Shown here: positions 37,190 to 48,664 of the stretch, piece by piece
Layout: each line of letters begins with the position of its first letter
How positions within the stretch are numbered: the stretch's first letter is position 1
The notes under the pieces: generated by a model
The model's input: the letters and a program-made list of their open reading frames with translations, nothing else
Databases searched by the model: none
Told to the model about the DNA's origin: nothing
Assembly: GCA_020536535.1 (NCBI GenBank)
Contig: JAHLWZ010000834.1
Location: forward strand, 26,337 to 90,336
Direction of reading: 5' to 3'
Length of the DNA stretch: 64,000 bases
Source of the DNA: Pelomyxa schiedti
Lineage: Eukaryota > Protista > Evosea
Position numbers and translations under genes: made by a program

Positions 37190-38347
37190 TTAGAAGAAAA
37201 ATGTTGTTTGTGGCATAACAATTCCAGCCAACCCATCTGCTGTGACATCAACCCCCTTGTAGCCAGAACCAACATGCACCAGATAGACTTTATGCCGGTG
37301 CTCAGTTGAAATTGTTGCTAGCAGAGTTTTGTAGGCCAGATGAACATCAGAAGGGGAAACAGGGCCAAAGTGGCAATCCTGAAACACAAAAGTTGAATCT
37401 GCCAAATCCTGAGGTGGTGGTGGTGAGGTAGTGTCTCCACTGTAATAAATGAGTTTGTTTGGTGATTGAGTGCGTATTCTTATGCCAAAGTTGGGCATGC
37501 CGGGAACGTGCTGTTGTTCAAATAACTCTATCTCCGGGAATCCAGGAATGTGTACACGTGGGCCTACAACAAGATTGAAGTAGGTGTCAATTGTAGCAGA
37601 GCAAGGACAGCCAGAGTCGTCAATGTAGCGTGACATTCCTCCACTGAGGGAATTCCACAGTGATGAAACAAATTCTCTGTCATGACAGCACAAAGTAGGC
37701 TTGGTCTCCGGAGTTTGATTCTTGAATGCAAAGAAACTCATTTGACCCAGTGACTCGAGCCCGCCTACCTAATTTTCATTCACGGTTGAGTTAGTGCGGC
37801 ATTTAAAAGAGAGTAAACGGAGGGAGGTTCTTACGTGGTCAGAATGCAGGTGTGTAATTATTATGGCTACAATATTTTTCAGCTTTCCTGAGGCCAATAG
37901 AGCTGGGGTTATAGAGTATCCACTACAACCCAAATAATTAAGAAGAGATTACAATATTGTCTCTTACGGAAACACAAATTTTGTTGTAATATAAAATTTC
38001 TTTAGCTAACCCCTTTCATAGATGAAAATAAAATATTGCAGCAATATTTACAAGTTCACTGATGTACATGCAAAAAAAAAAAAAAAAGGAGGAAAAAGCC
38101 AGAAAAAGGCAAAGTGGAAAAAACGGTGCCACATATTTGCATTTAGAAAAGACACACACCAGTCCAATAGAATTGCTCTGGCGGGGTTCCTTCTATCATA
38201 CAAAATAGCGCTCGTGTTTCCCAGGGCGGCATTGAACCCCGCGCCCGTTCCTATCCACTCGAGGCAGTAGTTCCCGGACGCACCGACGGTCGTCCCGCCG
38301 CCGAGGCTCGCGTTCACGTTTGCGTTGTTGTTGCTGTTGTGTGACAT
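37190..38347 (-). CDS. Bacterial-type MBL-fold metallo-hydrolase (RNase Z / phosphodiesterase-like)
   Basis: WIGTGAGF, ILLD|CG, IITHLHSDH|VGGLE, HVPGMPNFG, YYSGDT, FQDCH, HLAY, LVH. Confidence 0.82.
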
Positions 38348-38637
38348 CGACGTCCCTGTTGCAGACACGACGTCTACCGTTGTTGCACAAGACCACGCCC
38401 CGCAACCAATTTTCGGTGCAAGTTTGAGAATCTCAAGTTGGCAGGCCCTTGTGCTCCAATCTTCACTCCTTTTTTTGGTTCTTTGGAGTTCTTCTAGAAA
38501 ATTCCGGCCAGAACAGGGAACCGGGAGATTGTGTCCTTTGAGGACTAAGGTGCAGAGGCCCACTTGTTTGTTGGCACGATAGATAAAACAAAATTCACTC
38601 TTTAGAAATCCTTCTTTTTTTGGTTTGGGTATATGTA

Positions 38638-40153
38638 TTATATGTGGGAGTGCCTATAGTGGGAGTGAGTCACAATGTTCTTTTCCATGAGAACAAGGGC
38701 TTTGCGGCGGTAGTGGAACAACACATAGAGGGCAAGCATAAGTCCCAGCAGAAGAATATCTCCGGCAGTTGAAACTATAATAAGTGTAATCTTTCTCACA
38801 TACTCTTCCTCATCCACATCCATCCATTCCACCACAATTGCGTTCTCGGAGATTCCGTAAGCAAAGGTGTCGTTGTTCTCCACTATTGATAGGGCCACTA
38901 CGCTGTCAGTTGTTCCACTCTGCAGGCCGCCATGGGCATCGTCGTCAAACCACTTCTTCATGCAGCGGGAAGCGGAGCGGGCTTCTTCTGTGTTGCAGTT
39001 AAGGTTGCTTGAGGTATCACAAATGGCAAAGAATGTAACAGGCTCAATCCCTGGTGTTTCAGGTGTCTCCAGCCTCCCTAAAATTGGTGCCACACAGGTA
39101 TAGGAGCCACTTGAGTCCGCCGATCCAGATATTGCATCAGTGCCAATACGTGCATTGTAGAATTGAAACACGCTGGCTTCAGTGTAGTTATTATTAAGGG
39201 GGACACCGGTGTTGACATCCAGAACAACGGATGCAAATGGAGCCACCTTAAGAAACAGCCATCCAGAAGAAAATACGAAAGCCGGAACCGTGATAAGAAG
39301 GAAAATGAGCCCACTGCTGCACACCACTGTAGGATAAACTTGCTCTCGATGGAAAAGCCTTCTAGCATCATTGAAGAACCATTCGTTGAGTACCTTACTC
39401 TTAAATGTTCCGCACCAGAGTATCATCAGTACAACACACCCTAAAAAAAAAACAGCATTAGCTACTGCTATCAATCAAACAAAAAACAGGGAGAGAATAC
39501 AGCACGAGAACATTACCTCCGGCCAAGCCAACCACCATTCCCGTGATAACAGACACAAAGCCAAGTCCAAACGCGAGCACTTGAGAAAGGTACACAACGG
39601 CCACCGTGAGGAGTATGAATGCGCCCCCCAGCCTCAACAGTCGCAGCAGCTTCCTCGGGGCGGGCACGTCGGCCTCGGGGAACAGCGGCTCCGAGTCCAC
39701 GCCGGCCCCGCGGCCCCCCGCTGCGCCCGCCCCCGCGCCGTCCGGGCCCCCCACGCCCGTCACCAGGACCCCGCCGCCCCCGCTGCGGCCCCGCTCCTGG
39801 TGGCGGTGGTGGTGCTTGTGCTTGTGGTGGTGGGGGTGCTCGGCGGGCTGCGGCTGCGGCTGGGGCTGGGTCTGGGCTCCGGCGGAGCTGTCTGGCTGCT
39901 GGTGGCTGCTGGGCTTGGGGCTGCGGCTGTGGCTGGGACTGGGGGTGGGGCTGGTGCTCGGGCTGTGGCTGTGGGTGTGCTTGTGGCTTGGGGAGGTGGG
40001 CTGGGGCGACTGGCTGTGGTGGTGGTGATGGTGGTGTGTGTCGGGATTGCGGGAGGGAGCGACACCGACATCGGTTGCGGTTGCCGGGGGGTTTTCGTCC
40101 CTTCGTTGTTCGGCGGAAAGAAGTCCCACTTTGGCCTCGTCGTCTTCGGTCAT
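38638..40153 (-). CDS. Multi-pass membrane protein with a His/Ser/Pro-rich cytosolic N-terminus and a Cys-containing loop
   Basis: Two large exons with ~5 hydrophobic segments; CVAPI-type loop; no confident family. Confidence 0.65.
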
Positions 40154-40241
40154 TTTTTTTTTAATTTTTCTTCTTGTCGTTGCCTTCGCTTTCCAGTTTT
40201 CTTGCACATTGATCAAGATCCCTTTGATCGTCTATGCCATA

Positions 40242-40340
40242 ATTATGAAATTTCTAGCTCACTCTGCGGCAGCGTTGGCGGGGATCACTTCCCCTGATGA
40301 AAAGGATGATTCAAGTAATCACCATCTTTCGGCTGATCCC
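40242..40340 (+). ncRNA. Box C/D snoRNA predicted to guide LSU rRNA 2'-O-methylation at the yeast Am807 / human Am1511-equivalent site
   Basis: Guide TCACCATCTTTCGG (40319-40332) directly precedes D box CTGA (40333-40336) and is complementary to conserved LSU CCGAAAGAUGGUGA. CTGATGA at 40294-40300 and GGATGA at 40304-40309 supply C or D'/C' boxes. The 5' end is uncertain. Confidence 0.7.
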
Positions 40341-40477
40341 ATGTGAGTGATTTATACTTGTCTCTGATTATGTGTTTGCTTTTTTTTTTTGGAGCCTTCC
40401 ATACCTGCCTTTTTGTTTTGGTGAAAGCGAAAGTGGCAGTGTCCGAATGAAATGTGGCAGGAGATAGGATAGCTATC

Positions 40478-42687
40478 TTAGCTTAATTTACACGTATCTT
40501 TGAGTTTGTGTTTTGAGGGGTGACTGGGAGGCAAACAGACAGCCCTGATAGCATAGTCCAAAGCTTCTTGCACACCCAATTGATTGTGAAGGTTCCTTGA
40601 TGACGTTTCAAAGTACCCAAATGCACCAATGCTTCTGGCCAAGGCAGATGCTTCCTCAAAGGAAACAACTTCTGTAGGTGGCACCAGTGCTACCATATCC
40701 AATTTTGTGCCTGTGGTGGTTGGTGATTACTTTCAAAAAAGGGCACTCATATGTATAGTTTGACTAGCACAACAACCACATACCTACTATTATGAACCTC
40801 ACACCTGGGCAGTGCCTGGTCACATCTGGAAGCCACCGCTTCTTGATGTTGAGAAAGCTTTCCCTTGACGTCAGTGAAAAGAAGAAGATAAAGACATCTG
40901 TTGGTGGGTAGCTCAATGGTCTCTGTATTATTTTTTTTGGGTTTTAGTTTTCCTTTTTTAATTGGCCAGTGCGCCACCAGTCCCCATCCATCCCTTCATT
41001 TAATTTAACAGCATACAAGGCGGTCGTAAGAGGCATCTCCCATTGTATCCCACAACCCAAGATTGACTGACATCCAACCATCAAGAACAATAGAGCGGCT
41101 TATGTAGTCACATATCGTCCCAGTGCCTCCCAGAAATGCAGTTTTCCCTGTGCCCGAATCTCCAACAAGCACGCACTTGAGACACTGGGTTCCTCCACTT
41201 GCCAAGGAGCTATTGGCGCGTGGCTTGCCAAAAGACACCCACGCAGAATTGAGAGGTGTAGGCCTAATTACTGAGTGATATACACTCCTGGGGTCAGACC
41301 CTCCAGGAATTGACATAATCTCTTCTTGTTGTAGAAGCCGGCTCCACAATGAGGGGTGCAGAGTAGCACGGTTCCATGATTCTGCGAGAATTAGGGCAGT
41401 ATTTCTACCGAAAATGTGAAATGGAGACATACTACAAACTCTTGCACACATGGCAATTCCTGCCAAGGGGAGAAAAGAAAATATTTCAACAAGACATAAC
41501 AGAGGAAAGTTTTCAGCTTGAAGGAGTCCACCCAGGTTTCTTTGGGGAGAGCTTAACTCCTTCAATATTTTCAAATCCCCAGAGCAGCGGGGACCCAACA
41601 ACATTGGGTCCGCACGAAGGAAAAACCACATGGACTTCCGTTCCTGAGAAGAGTCTGGAGATGGTACAACCCGGTGAAGAGTGGGTTTTATTCCCTCATC
41701 GTTTTCTCTGCAAGCTGGCACAAGGTATTTCATATCTATCAAAATCATCATGAACTCAAGAAGTAAAATGCAGAGAAGTCAAATCACCTGTTCCGACGAG
41801 AATGGTGATCCAGCTAAAAGGCTTGTCATCAGTTCTACCATTATCCCTGGGGGGCTCCACTGGCCTCCATTGAGGGGGGTTCCCCTCAAACACTTCCAGG
41901 CCACCTCTGTCCCCACACCCAACAACCAATAGTCCGGTGTCAACATGCTCTCCCTCACCAGCACCGTCCCCAATCCCAGCCCCAGGGAAAGAGCGGAACA
42001 TTCTCACAAAGGAGCAATTCGGTGGTCCTATAAACTTCAATCCAGTGAGGCCTGCATGTTGTGCAACAAAGGCTCGGCAAAGCCTGTTGAAACCAGAAAA
42101 ACATGTTTCCAGACAAGCACGGAATTCATCAGAAGGAAGGGAAGCCAAATCTGCCGATTCCCTACGCAACTGGATTTAGTTCCTATGTTAGTTCGACTGT
42201 GAGTACACAAAACATGTACAACCCCCAACCAATCCTTTCCAAAAGCATAAAAAAAAAAAAATGAATAAGAAATACAGAATATAAGGGGACTGGCAAGCAC
42301 CTGCAGTGTGTCCTTTCCGTTATTCCATAAATAGAATTCGCCCGAGTCCGCATGCGCCAGCAGAGGGGGCTGGTACACATCCATTCCCGTCCCATAATCT
42401 CCACGCCCCCCAGTGCTAGTGCCGGTGGTCGTTGTCGTCACGGCAGCTGTGGTGGTGGTGGTGCTGCTGCCGAGGGCACTGGGACCGAGACCCCCCGGGG
42501 GAAGTGTAGTCTTTGTCGGCGGCGGCGGGGGTGCACGAGGGGGCAGCAGGTTCATGTCGTGCATGCTGTCGATGAGGCCAGGTAGCAGGGCCAGGGCACT
42601 ACGGCACGCGGCGGCCTCCTCCGGCCCCAACACCCCGTACCTCACTCCCCCGTGCTCCACGTACTCGCTGTTGCTAGTGTCACTCAT
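40478..42687 (-). CDS. 2OG-Fe(II) dioxygenase / F-box / atypical Rho GTPase fusion ending in a CaaX motif (CKLS)
   Basis: Dioxygenase: GEHVDTGLL, GGLEV, ILVGT|DMKYL, TLHRVV, ERKSMWFF. F-box: FPLLCLVEIFSFLPLAGIAMCARVC|KSWNRATLHPSLW. Rho: LKCVLVGDSGTGKT, LGLWDTMG..YDRL|RPLSYQQTDVF, RWLPDVTRHCP, GTKLD, YFETSS. Confidence 0.82.
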
Positions 42688-43064
42688 TTTTTCGTCCGCT
42701 TTTTTCGTGAGTCCTACCCCACTGGGCAACAATTGTAATCTCAAACCAGTGCCTGAGGCCAACCCAGGGAAGCAAAAACAGGAAAAAAATGGAAGAAGGG
42801 GCAGCTCCTCTTGTGATCCAGTTTGTGATTTATCGGTAAAGAGAAAGGGAGTGGTGTTGATGGCGTTTCAGGGACAACCGGCACCAAAACACCAACGCAC
42901 ACGTTAAAAAAAAAAACACGGAGTGCAAACCCAAACACTTCAACCTGTGCAGTACAACGGAGCACGAGGCATTAATAATATTTTCCCCCGCCTGTATTAT
43001 CTATCAGAATGGCTGATATTATGTATCCCACCCCACTATCCCCAAAATGATGCATGCACCACCA

Positions 43065-43235
43065 CCACCCAAACTGCTCTGCTCCCAAATGCACCCCAAA
43101 CTGCAGCAACCACCCACTCTTTGCTCCCAAATGCTCCCAAATGCTCCCAAATGCGCCTTGCTGCTCCCAAATGCTCCCAAACTGCAACCACTCTCCAAAT
43201 GCACCACCGCTCCAAATGCACTGGTACCCAATGCC
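43065..43235. repeat. Degenerate 10-bp minisatellite (GCTCCCAAAT)n, intergenic
   Basis: Perfect copies at 43081, 43123-43152 (three) and 43163, plus variants. Confidence 0.8.
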
Positions 43236-43342
43236 CCACTTCGGCTTCCCTGCTGTGTTTATGGAGTCTCTTTGCCGGTTGTTATTCGCGCCTCCTTCTC
43301 CTTTTTTTTTTTTGTTGTTTTTTTTATAAAACCAATTTTCCA

Positions 43343-45983
43343 TTAAAAAAGTGAAAATTTTGGCGCGAAAAATTTTGCTCCCAGAGTCTTGTGGTTTGAA
43401 AGGCGCCTTGTCGTTCTGTTTATCTTTGGCACGGTGTTGGTTGTAGTGAGCAGTACTAGGCTACAGTCTGGGAACAATTCTGCCATCAGGAAGAACCCAA
43501 CTTGGAGCTTGTGGTAGAGCAGTTGTGAGGGTTTGCGTATGATCAAGGGGAAGCGCTATTCTATTATTTATTTTTACATGTTGTTTATCACAAGAGCGGT
43601 AAATAACCACCATTAGTGCTTTAGCTCTTGACCTTGGTGCCCTTGTTCTTTCGTTCTGCTGTTTCAGCGTTCAAAAAAAGGGTGTGAAGGGAACATTAGA
43701 CAATCAAATCGGCCGGTCTGTTGCTTATTTTATTCAGCCAATTATTCTTGGTTGGTGTTGGAGAGTGAGGGTGCCGTAGGGGTGGTGCTAATATCCGAAA
43801 CAAGCTGAGTGGTAGTGGTTGAGGATGTTGTCGTGGAGGTGGTTGTTGTGACTGTGTGAGGAAGAGTTGTAGTGCTACTGCGGGATGTTTTTGTCTGTTC
43901 TTTGGCAACTTCATACATTTCTTTATTTAGTCTGTTGGGCTACTGTGAGCAGGGTAACAAAAGGACTTGTTGAGGATACCTTACAACAGTGAGAGATGTT
44001 TTAATTCTCACACTGAAGTCAGGGATCCATAGGTCAGTCTTAAGGGCATCAAGGCCCATGATTGTAAATGGACCACTTTCAGAACTAAAGCCTTCCTTCC
44101 CAGACTTAATAGAAACTCTTCCCTAATATGCAGTGATCAGAATATGGAATTGAAGTCTCTTACCAACCTCCATAATTACAGAGAACCAGCTGTTAGCTAC
44201 GCCACGCTTATATAAATAATCTTTGTGATCACGCTGTGCTTCCAGTGAGGGTGCTGGGATGTATTCAACAATCGCCTGTGTTAATTTGATACATTAGCCA
44301 CTAATCGATATCGGGGAAACATGCCTGAGATAGCATCAACTGTAAGATATCCTTGGATATTACGGGGTTACTGAATTCCTCAAGTGTAGAGACAAATAAC
44401 GTCAAAGCACTAAGCTGATTTTGGTTCAGTTTGGGAGATACGCCTTTATTCATTTTGGAGAGCATTTCTTTCAGACCAGGCTTTTGTGAAACATCTAGGC
44501 ACCGTTACATTTCAAAGTGGAACTGATGTAAAGGCTACCATAACTGTCAGTGTCATCCGCAATGTCATGTTGAATTATCTGTTCAATGACATCTTCTATC
44601 GTTACAGCACCAACAATTTCATAGAAAGGATCTCCGGGTCCTTCATTATTGATACGTTGTACCATGGCCATTCTGCTTTTATGCGAAGTGAACTCCGATA
44701 GCATTTTGTCAAGTGTTGTACTCTCATCTACATGAGGAAGTGGGCGCCTATACCCTTATGTGAATGAATTCACAGTGAATGAAAGCCACACGCGTAAAAC
44801 GAGAGAACAGATCGTAAAGGAGTGGCATCCTTTGGGGTTGTTGGCATTATTGTTATCAAGAAAAAGAAAGAACCTCAGGATTAAAAAAGGTCAAGTCCTT
44901 AACATACAAGCACGAGTGTACATTATCTCGATTTCCAACAAAAACTGGAACACGGGATACCCCTCGTTGGATAAGTTCAGAAATGGTGGTTGAATCAATT
45001 GACGATTCAATCTGTGATTCGCAAAAGGAAGGAATACAAAATTAGGGGGAAGAAAAATGAAAAGGTAAAAGACTGATGTACGTCAAGCATAAAGACATCA
45101 TCTGCTGGTTGCATGATATCTTTCACGGTTTGTTTCGGAAGCTCCAGCACACCAGACATGAGAGATGCATCTGGGTAGAAAAAGTGTGACTTTTGTTTAA
45201 AAAAACACGAGCCGTTGGAGGCAAAAACACATGAGCATACCTTGTTTTGTAAGGACAGTAGATGTGTGCGCATCAATGAGGTGCTTGAGCTTCAGTTGTG
45301 TAAGGATTTAAAAGAATTTCGGAAGATAAAGAAACCTCAGTTCGTGTGTATGTAGTAGGTACCTCCTGCCCCAGGAGGAAATCAAGAGCTTTACTCACCG
45401 GGAATGTAACCGGGAACAAAAGGAACATTATTACATAAACAAGTGGAAATACATGTCCACCCACAACTACAGGTAATAGAATAGTTAAATCAAGCTTGTG
45501 GAAAAAAGATAATACAAAGAGCGTGCCGGGAGCAAATGGACTGTGGCAAAATTTCACCAAATGTGGTGATGATAACAGTTGATACAAAAAAACCAACAAG
45601 ACCTAATACACATAAACCCGTGGCAGGTACTGTGAGGTATAATAACCTGTGGTTCTTTCAGCAAGAAGGATTGACAACAAGCTATTGACAGCCACATTTC
45701 CTATCAACAATGTGCACAATAACAAATTTCCTCTTTTCCTTATTGGGTATATTCTACTAGCGTACTTAGATTCCGTGGACTCCCCACTCCTTATTACAAT
45801 CTTGAAAAAGGAGTTAAAAAGTCCACAAAAAACTGTCATTGAGGAAACCTTCAAAGTGTTTTTGTCCAAAGCGAGAATTCCCAAATTGAGACCAGAAAAC
45901 GTAGCCGACAAACACAAGAGGCCAATGATTGCGACCCATTCGAAAATTTCGACAATTACTTCGACTACGTGCGACACCACCAT
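43343..45983 (-). CDS. CNNM/DUF21-CBS metal (Mg2+) transporter with a cNMP-binding-homology tail; 3' end approximate
   Basis: LSATFSGLNLGILALD, RKRGNLLLCTLLIGNVAVNS, FGEILPQSIC, GVLELPKQTVKDIMQ, GYPVF-region CBS exons, SRMAMV, GAVTIEDVIEQIIQHDIADDTD. Confidence 0.88.
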
Positions 45984-46121
45984 CAACACCCCAACGAAGC
46001 GAAAAAATTCAAATTTTTATGCACCTTTCCGGTTAGGCGAAACGACCAAAAAATTCTTCTCGTATCTGCTACGCCAAAAAAAAGAAAGCAAGAGGTACTT
46101 CCCTCTTTGTTTCCCATTTCT

Positions 46122-47126
46122 TCATTCCTCAAACAACCTCTTGGCAAGGAAAAGAATAGAAGGGGTACTGCCGGTGACACAATCCTGGCACACATCAAAT
46201 CCACATTGGGGACAGTGCATCACTGTGGTGAATTGAGGTTGCTGAGAGCAACACAGGTCACAGGAAAACCTATGAAAGTTATAAGAGTGGCGTGATAGTC
46301 ATGTAATGTTGTAGTGTTGTGGCACACCCTTCAGAATAGGAAGAATCTTCGGCAATTAATTCCTCCTTGGTATGCATTTCAAGGGTGTGCCCCTGGTTGC
46401 ATGTAATCCTTGTGCAGTCGAATCCTATAGAAGACCGTATGGCTATCTCGCTTCCTTTTGTGGCAAATCGCAGGAGTTTAATGGCCGCAACTACCACCGC
46501 TTGCCACACAAACTGGTTTTGGGAGTTCAGTAAGAAACTCTGTGTAATCCACTTGAGGCACAAACTAATTCCTCGGAATAGTTCTTCCTTAAAACCATGC
46601 ATACAACTGCTGTTGTCCAAATTTCCTCGGCAATCTCAATTCCACTAATGCAAGGTGGAACATTTGTCAATTTAAACAAGTCAATCCCCATGTAGTTCTA
46701 CGCATCAAAAATACACATTAAGTCCATTAAGTCCACATTACATTATCTTACATAATACGATAAACAAACTATATGTACCGCTATAGCCGGGCAAGGTGAC
46801 CAAGCCGGGCCCCTCTGACAGTCCCCGTCACTCCCTATCCCAGTCCCTGTTGCCCTCTCAGTGTCCCTATCCGCCCCATTCCTTGAAGAAGAACCCACAA
46901 CTACACCAGGCACATTAGCGGTCCCAGTTTCTCTGTCACAGCCGCGAGTGCGCTCAGCGTCACTACCACTTGCAGCAAAAACGCATGCGGGGTGTGACAT
47001 TGTGACCAGCGACGTGCATCTGGGCACTCGCAGAGCACCGCCAGGCCTCCCGCTGCTGCTAACATTAAAAGCCCCATGCGAAAAACCAACTCCGCCGCGG
47101 CCTCCCCCTCGCGCTGTGCTGTGCAT
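46122..47126 (-). CDS. Hypothetical protein with a C-terminal Cys/His zinc finger (C1/ZZ-like)
   Basis: CNQGHTL...FSCDLC...MHCPQCGFDVCQDC near the C-terminus. Confidence 0.55.
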
Positions 47127-47173
47127 CTCTTCGGGCTTCTTCTCTTTGGAAGAACATTGGTCGCCGAAAAACG

Positions 47174-48260
47174 ATGAAGGCTGTTGGTGTCAAGGTAGGT
47201 TATATGGGATAAGGGCGCACTCCATATCCCGCAGTGTGCTAAACACAGTTCTAGGAGATGAGTGTAGACGCAGGGGGCCAGCAGATTCCCGTTATGGTGT
47301 TTGAGGTTACCCCACCTCCCACCAATTTGCAGTCTTTGATTGTATTTGCTCATGGTTGGTTGACTTCAATTGATGTAATTACAAACTCCATGTCTTGATT
47401 TGTTGGCCTCTCCTAAATTCCTCCTTTTTTTTTTGGGAAGTATTATGAGAGTTGGCTAAAGGGAATTGCTCTGTCTGGCGCTATTGTTGTTGGATGCAAC
47501 TCACACAATAATATTTGTGTGTGCCACACCTCATATGCAGCGAATGTGCTTCGCACTCTTATTTGGTTATTGTTCACTTCATCACTCCTAACTCACACAA
47601 AGAAGGGCATCAAAGTACTTCGCAGGCAGATATTCGCAGGACCAAGTCCACCTTTGTGGACACTCCCTTGGTGCTGGAGTCTCCTTACTTTCTGCTTCTA
47701 GGCTATTTTCTGGTGAAGGTGGTACATTACTTGGCGGGGATCTATCCGATGTTCCACCCATTGCTAGTATTATGGCATTTGCCCCTTGTAAAACTATACC
47801 TGGCTGCCTGTCAATTCTACGCAACATTGAGTGTACAGTAGTGGTTGTAGAAGCAACTAAAGACAATGTTGTTAGCAGCAGTCCGTCATGTACTTCACTC
47901 TCCCAACTATAAAGTAATTACGACCATTCTACTTAAATTCCACAAGGCATTTGGAAAAACCTTGCCCGACACCGCGGCAGCACTTCTTCACCTTCTTCTA
48001 CAGCTCCCTCGTCACCAACAGTGACTAGTGCAGCAAGCTCTTCCTCTGTGCATCTAGTACCCACTAGGTATTATATCAAGATTGAAGGAGGAAATCACAC
48101 ACAGTTCTGTGACTTCTGGGGGTCTGCCGTCGAATGGCTGGATGGAAAACCAACCATATCCGGTGAACACCAACGCACCATCGCCACTCAAATTGTATCA
48201 TCTGTCATTCATGGTCAGTGGCCTATTCTCATTTCTCAAGCCCAAAACACCAGTTCCTGA
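47174..48260 (+). CDS. Alpha/beta hydrolase (chlorophyllase/cutinase-like)
   Basis: IVFAHGW, nucleophile elbow CGHSLGAG, KDNVV (Asp), IEGGNHTQF (His). Confidence 0.75.
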
Positions 48261-48310
48261 CGAAAAAAGATTTTCCTTTCCCATAAGTACCCAACCGGAT
48301 AATTTTTTTG

Positions 48311-48575
48311 TCTGGGCTCTCGGCAGTTCAGGGTATTCTTTCGGGGTTGGTGTTGGTGTAATTGGCAGGAGGAGCTCGCTGCGTTTACAGCCGCGCCCTG
48401 GGAAGCCTTCAGTGAACAACGTTGCCAGGGGCAGCCTTAGCACCGTGGTTCGTGTAATGACGCTGCGCATCGGAAGAGGCCGGAAACGGAACATTCAAAA
48501 GCGGGCACTGAGGGCGGTCACAGGAAAACGGGGCTGAGTGGGGGTTCCAATCGTTGATTACACCGAGATCAACCC
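48311..48575 (+). ncRNA. Signal recognition particle RNA (7SL)
   Basis: Helix-8 motif GAAGAGG-CCG-GAAA-CGG-AACAUUC-AAAA at 48473-48500. Helix 5: 48344-48366 pairs with 48553-48575 (~22 bp) and GCCTTCAGTG pairs with CACTGAGGGC. A 5' hairpin at 48312-48331 and a T8 run directly 3' complete the layout. Confidence 0.88.
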
Positions 48576-48583
48576 TTTTTTTT
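48576..48583 (+). terminator. Pol III oligo-T terminator of the SRP RNA
   Basis: T8 immediately follows the closing helix. Confidence 0.75.
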
Positions 48584-48664
48584 AATGACTGCCCCCAGGC
48601 AAAACCAGGTTTTGATCGATTCGGAAAGGTAAAGAGAAAAATCCGGAAAGAAACCGTTCCCATC

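Noticed and set aside
42923-43354. ORFs across the decamer repeat
   Set aside because: Open in several frames only because of the repeat; no coding signature.
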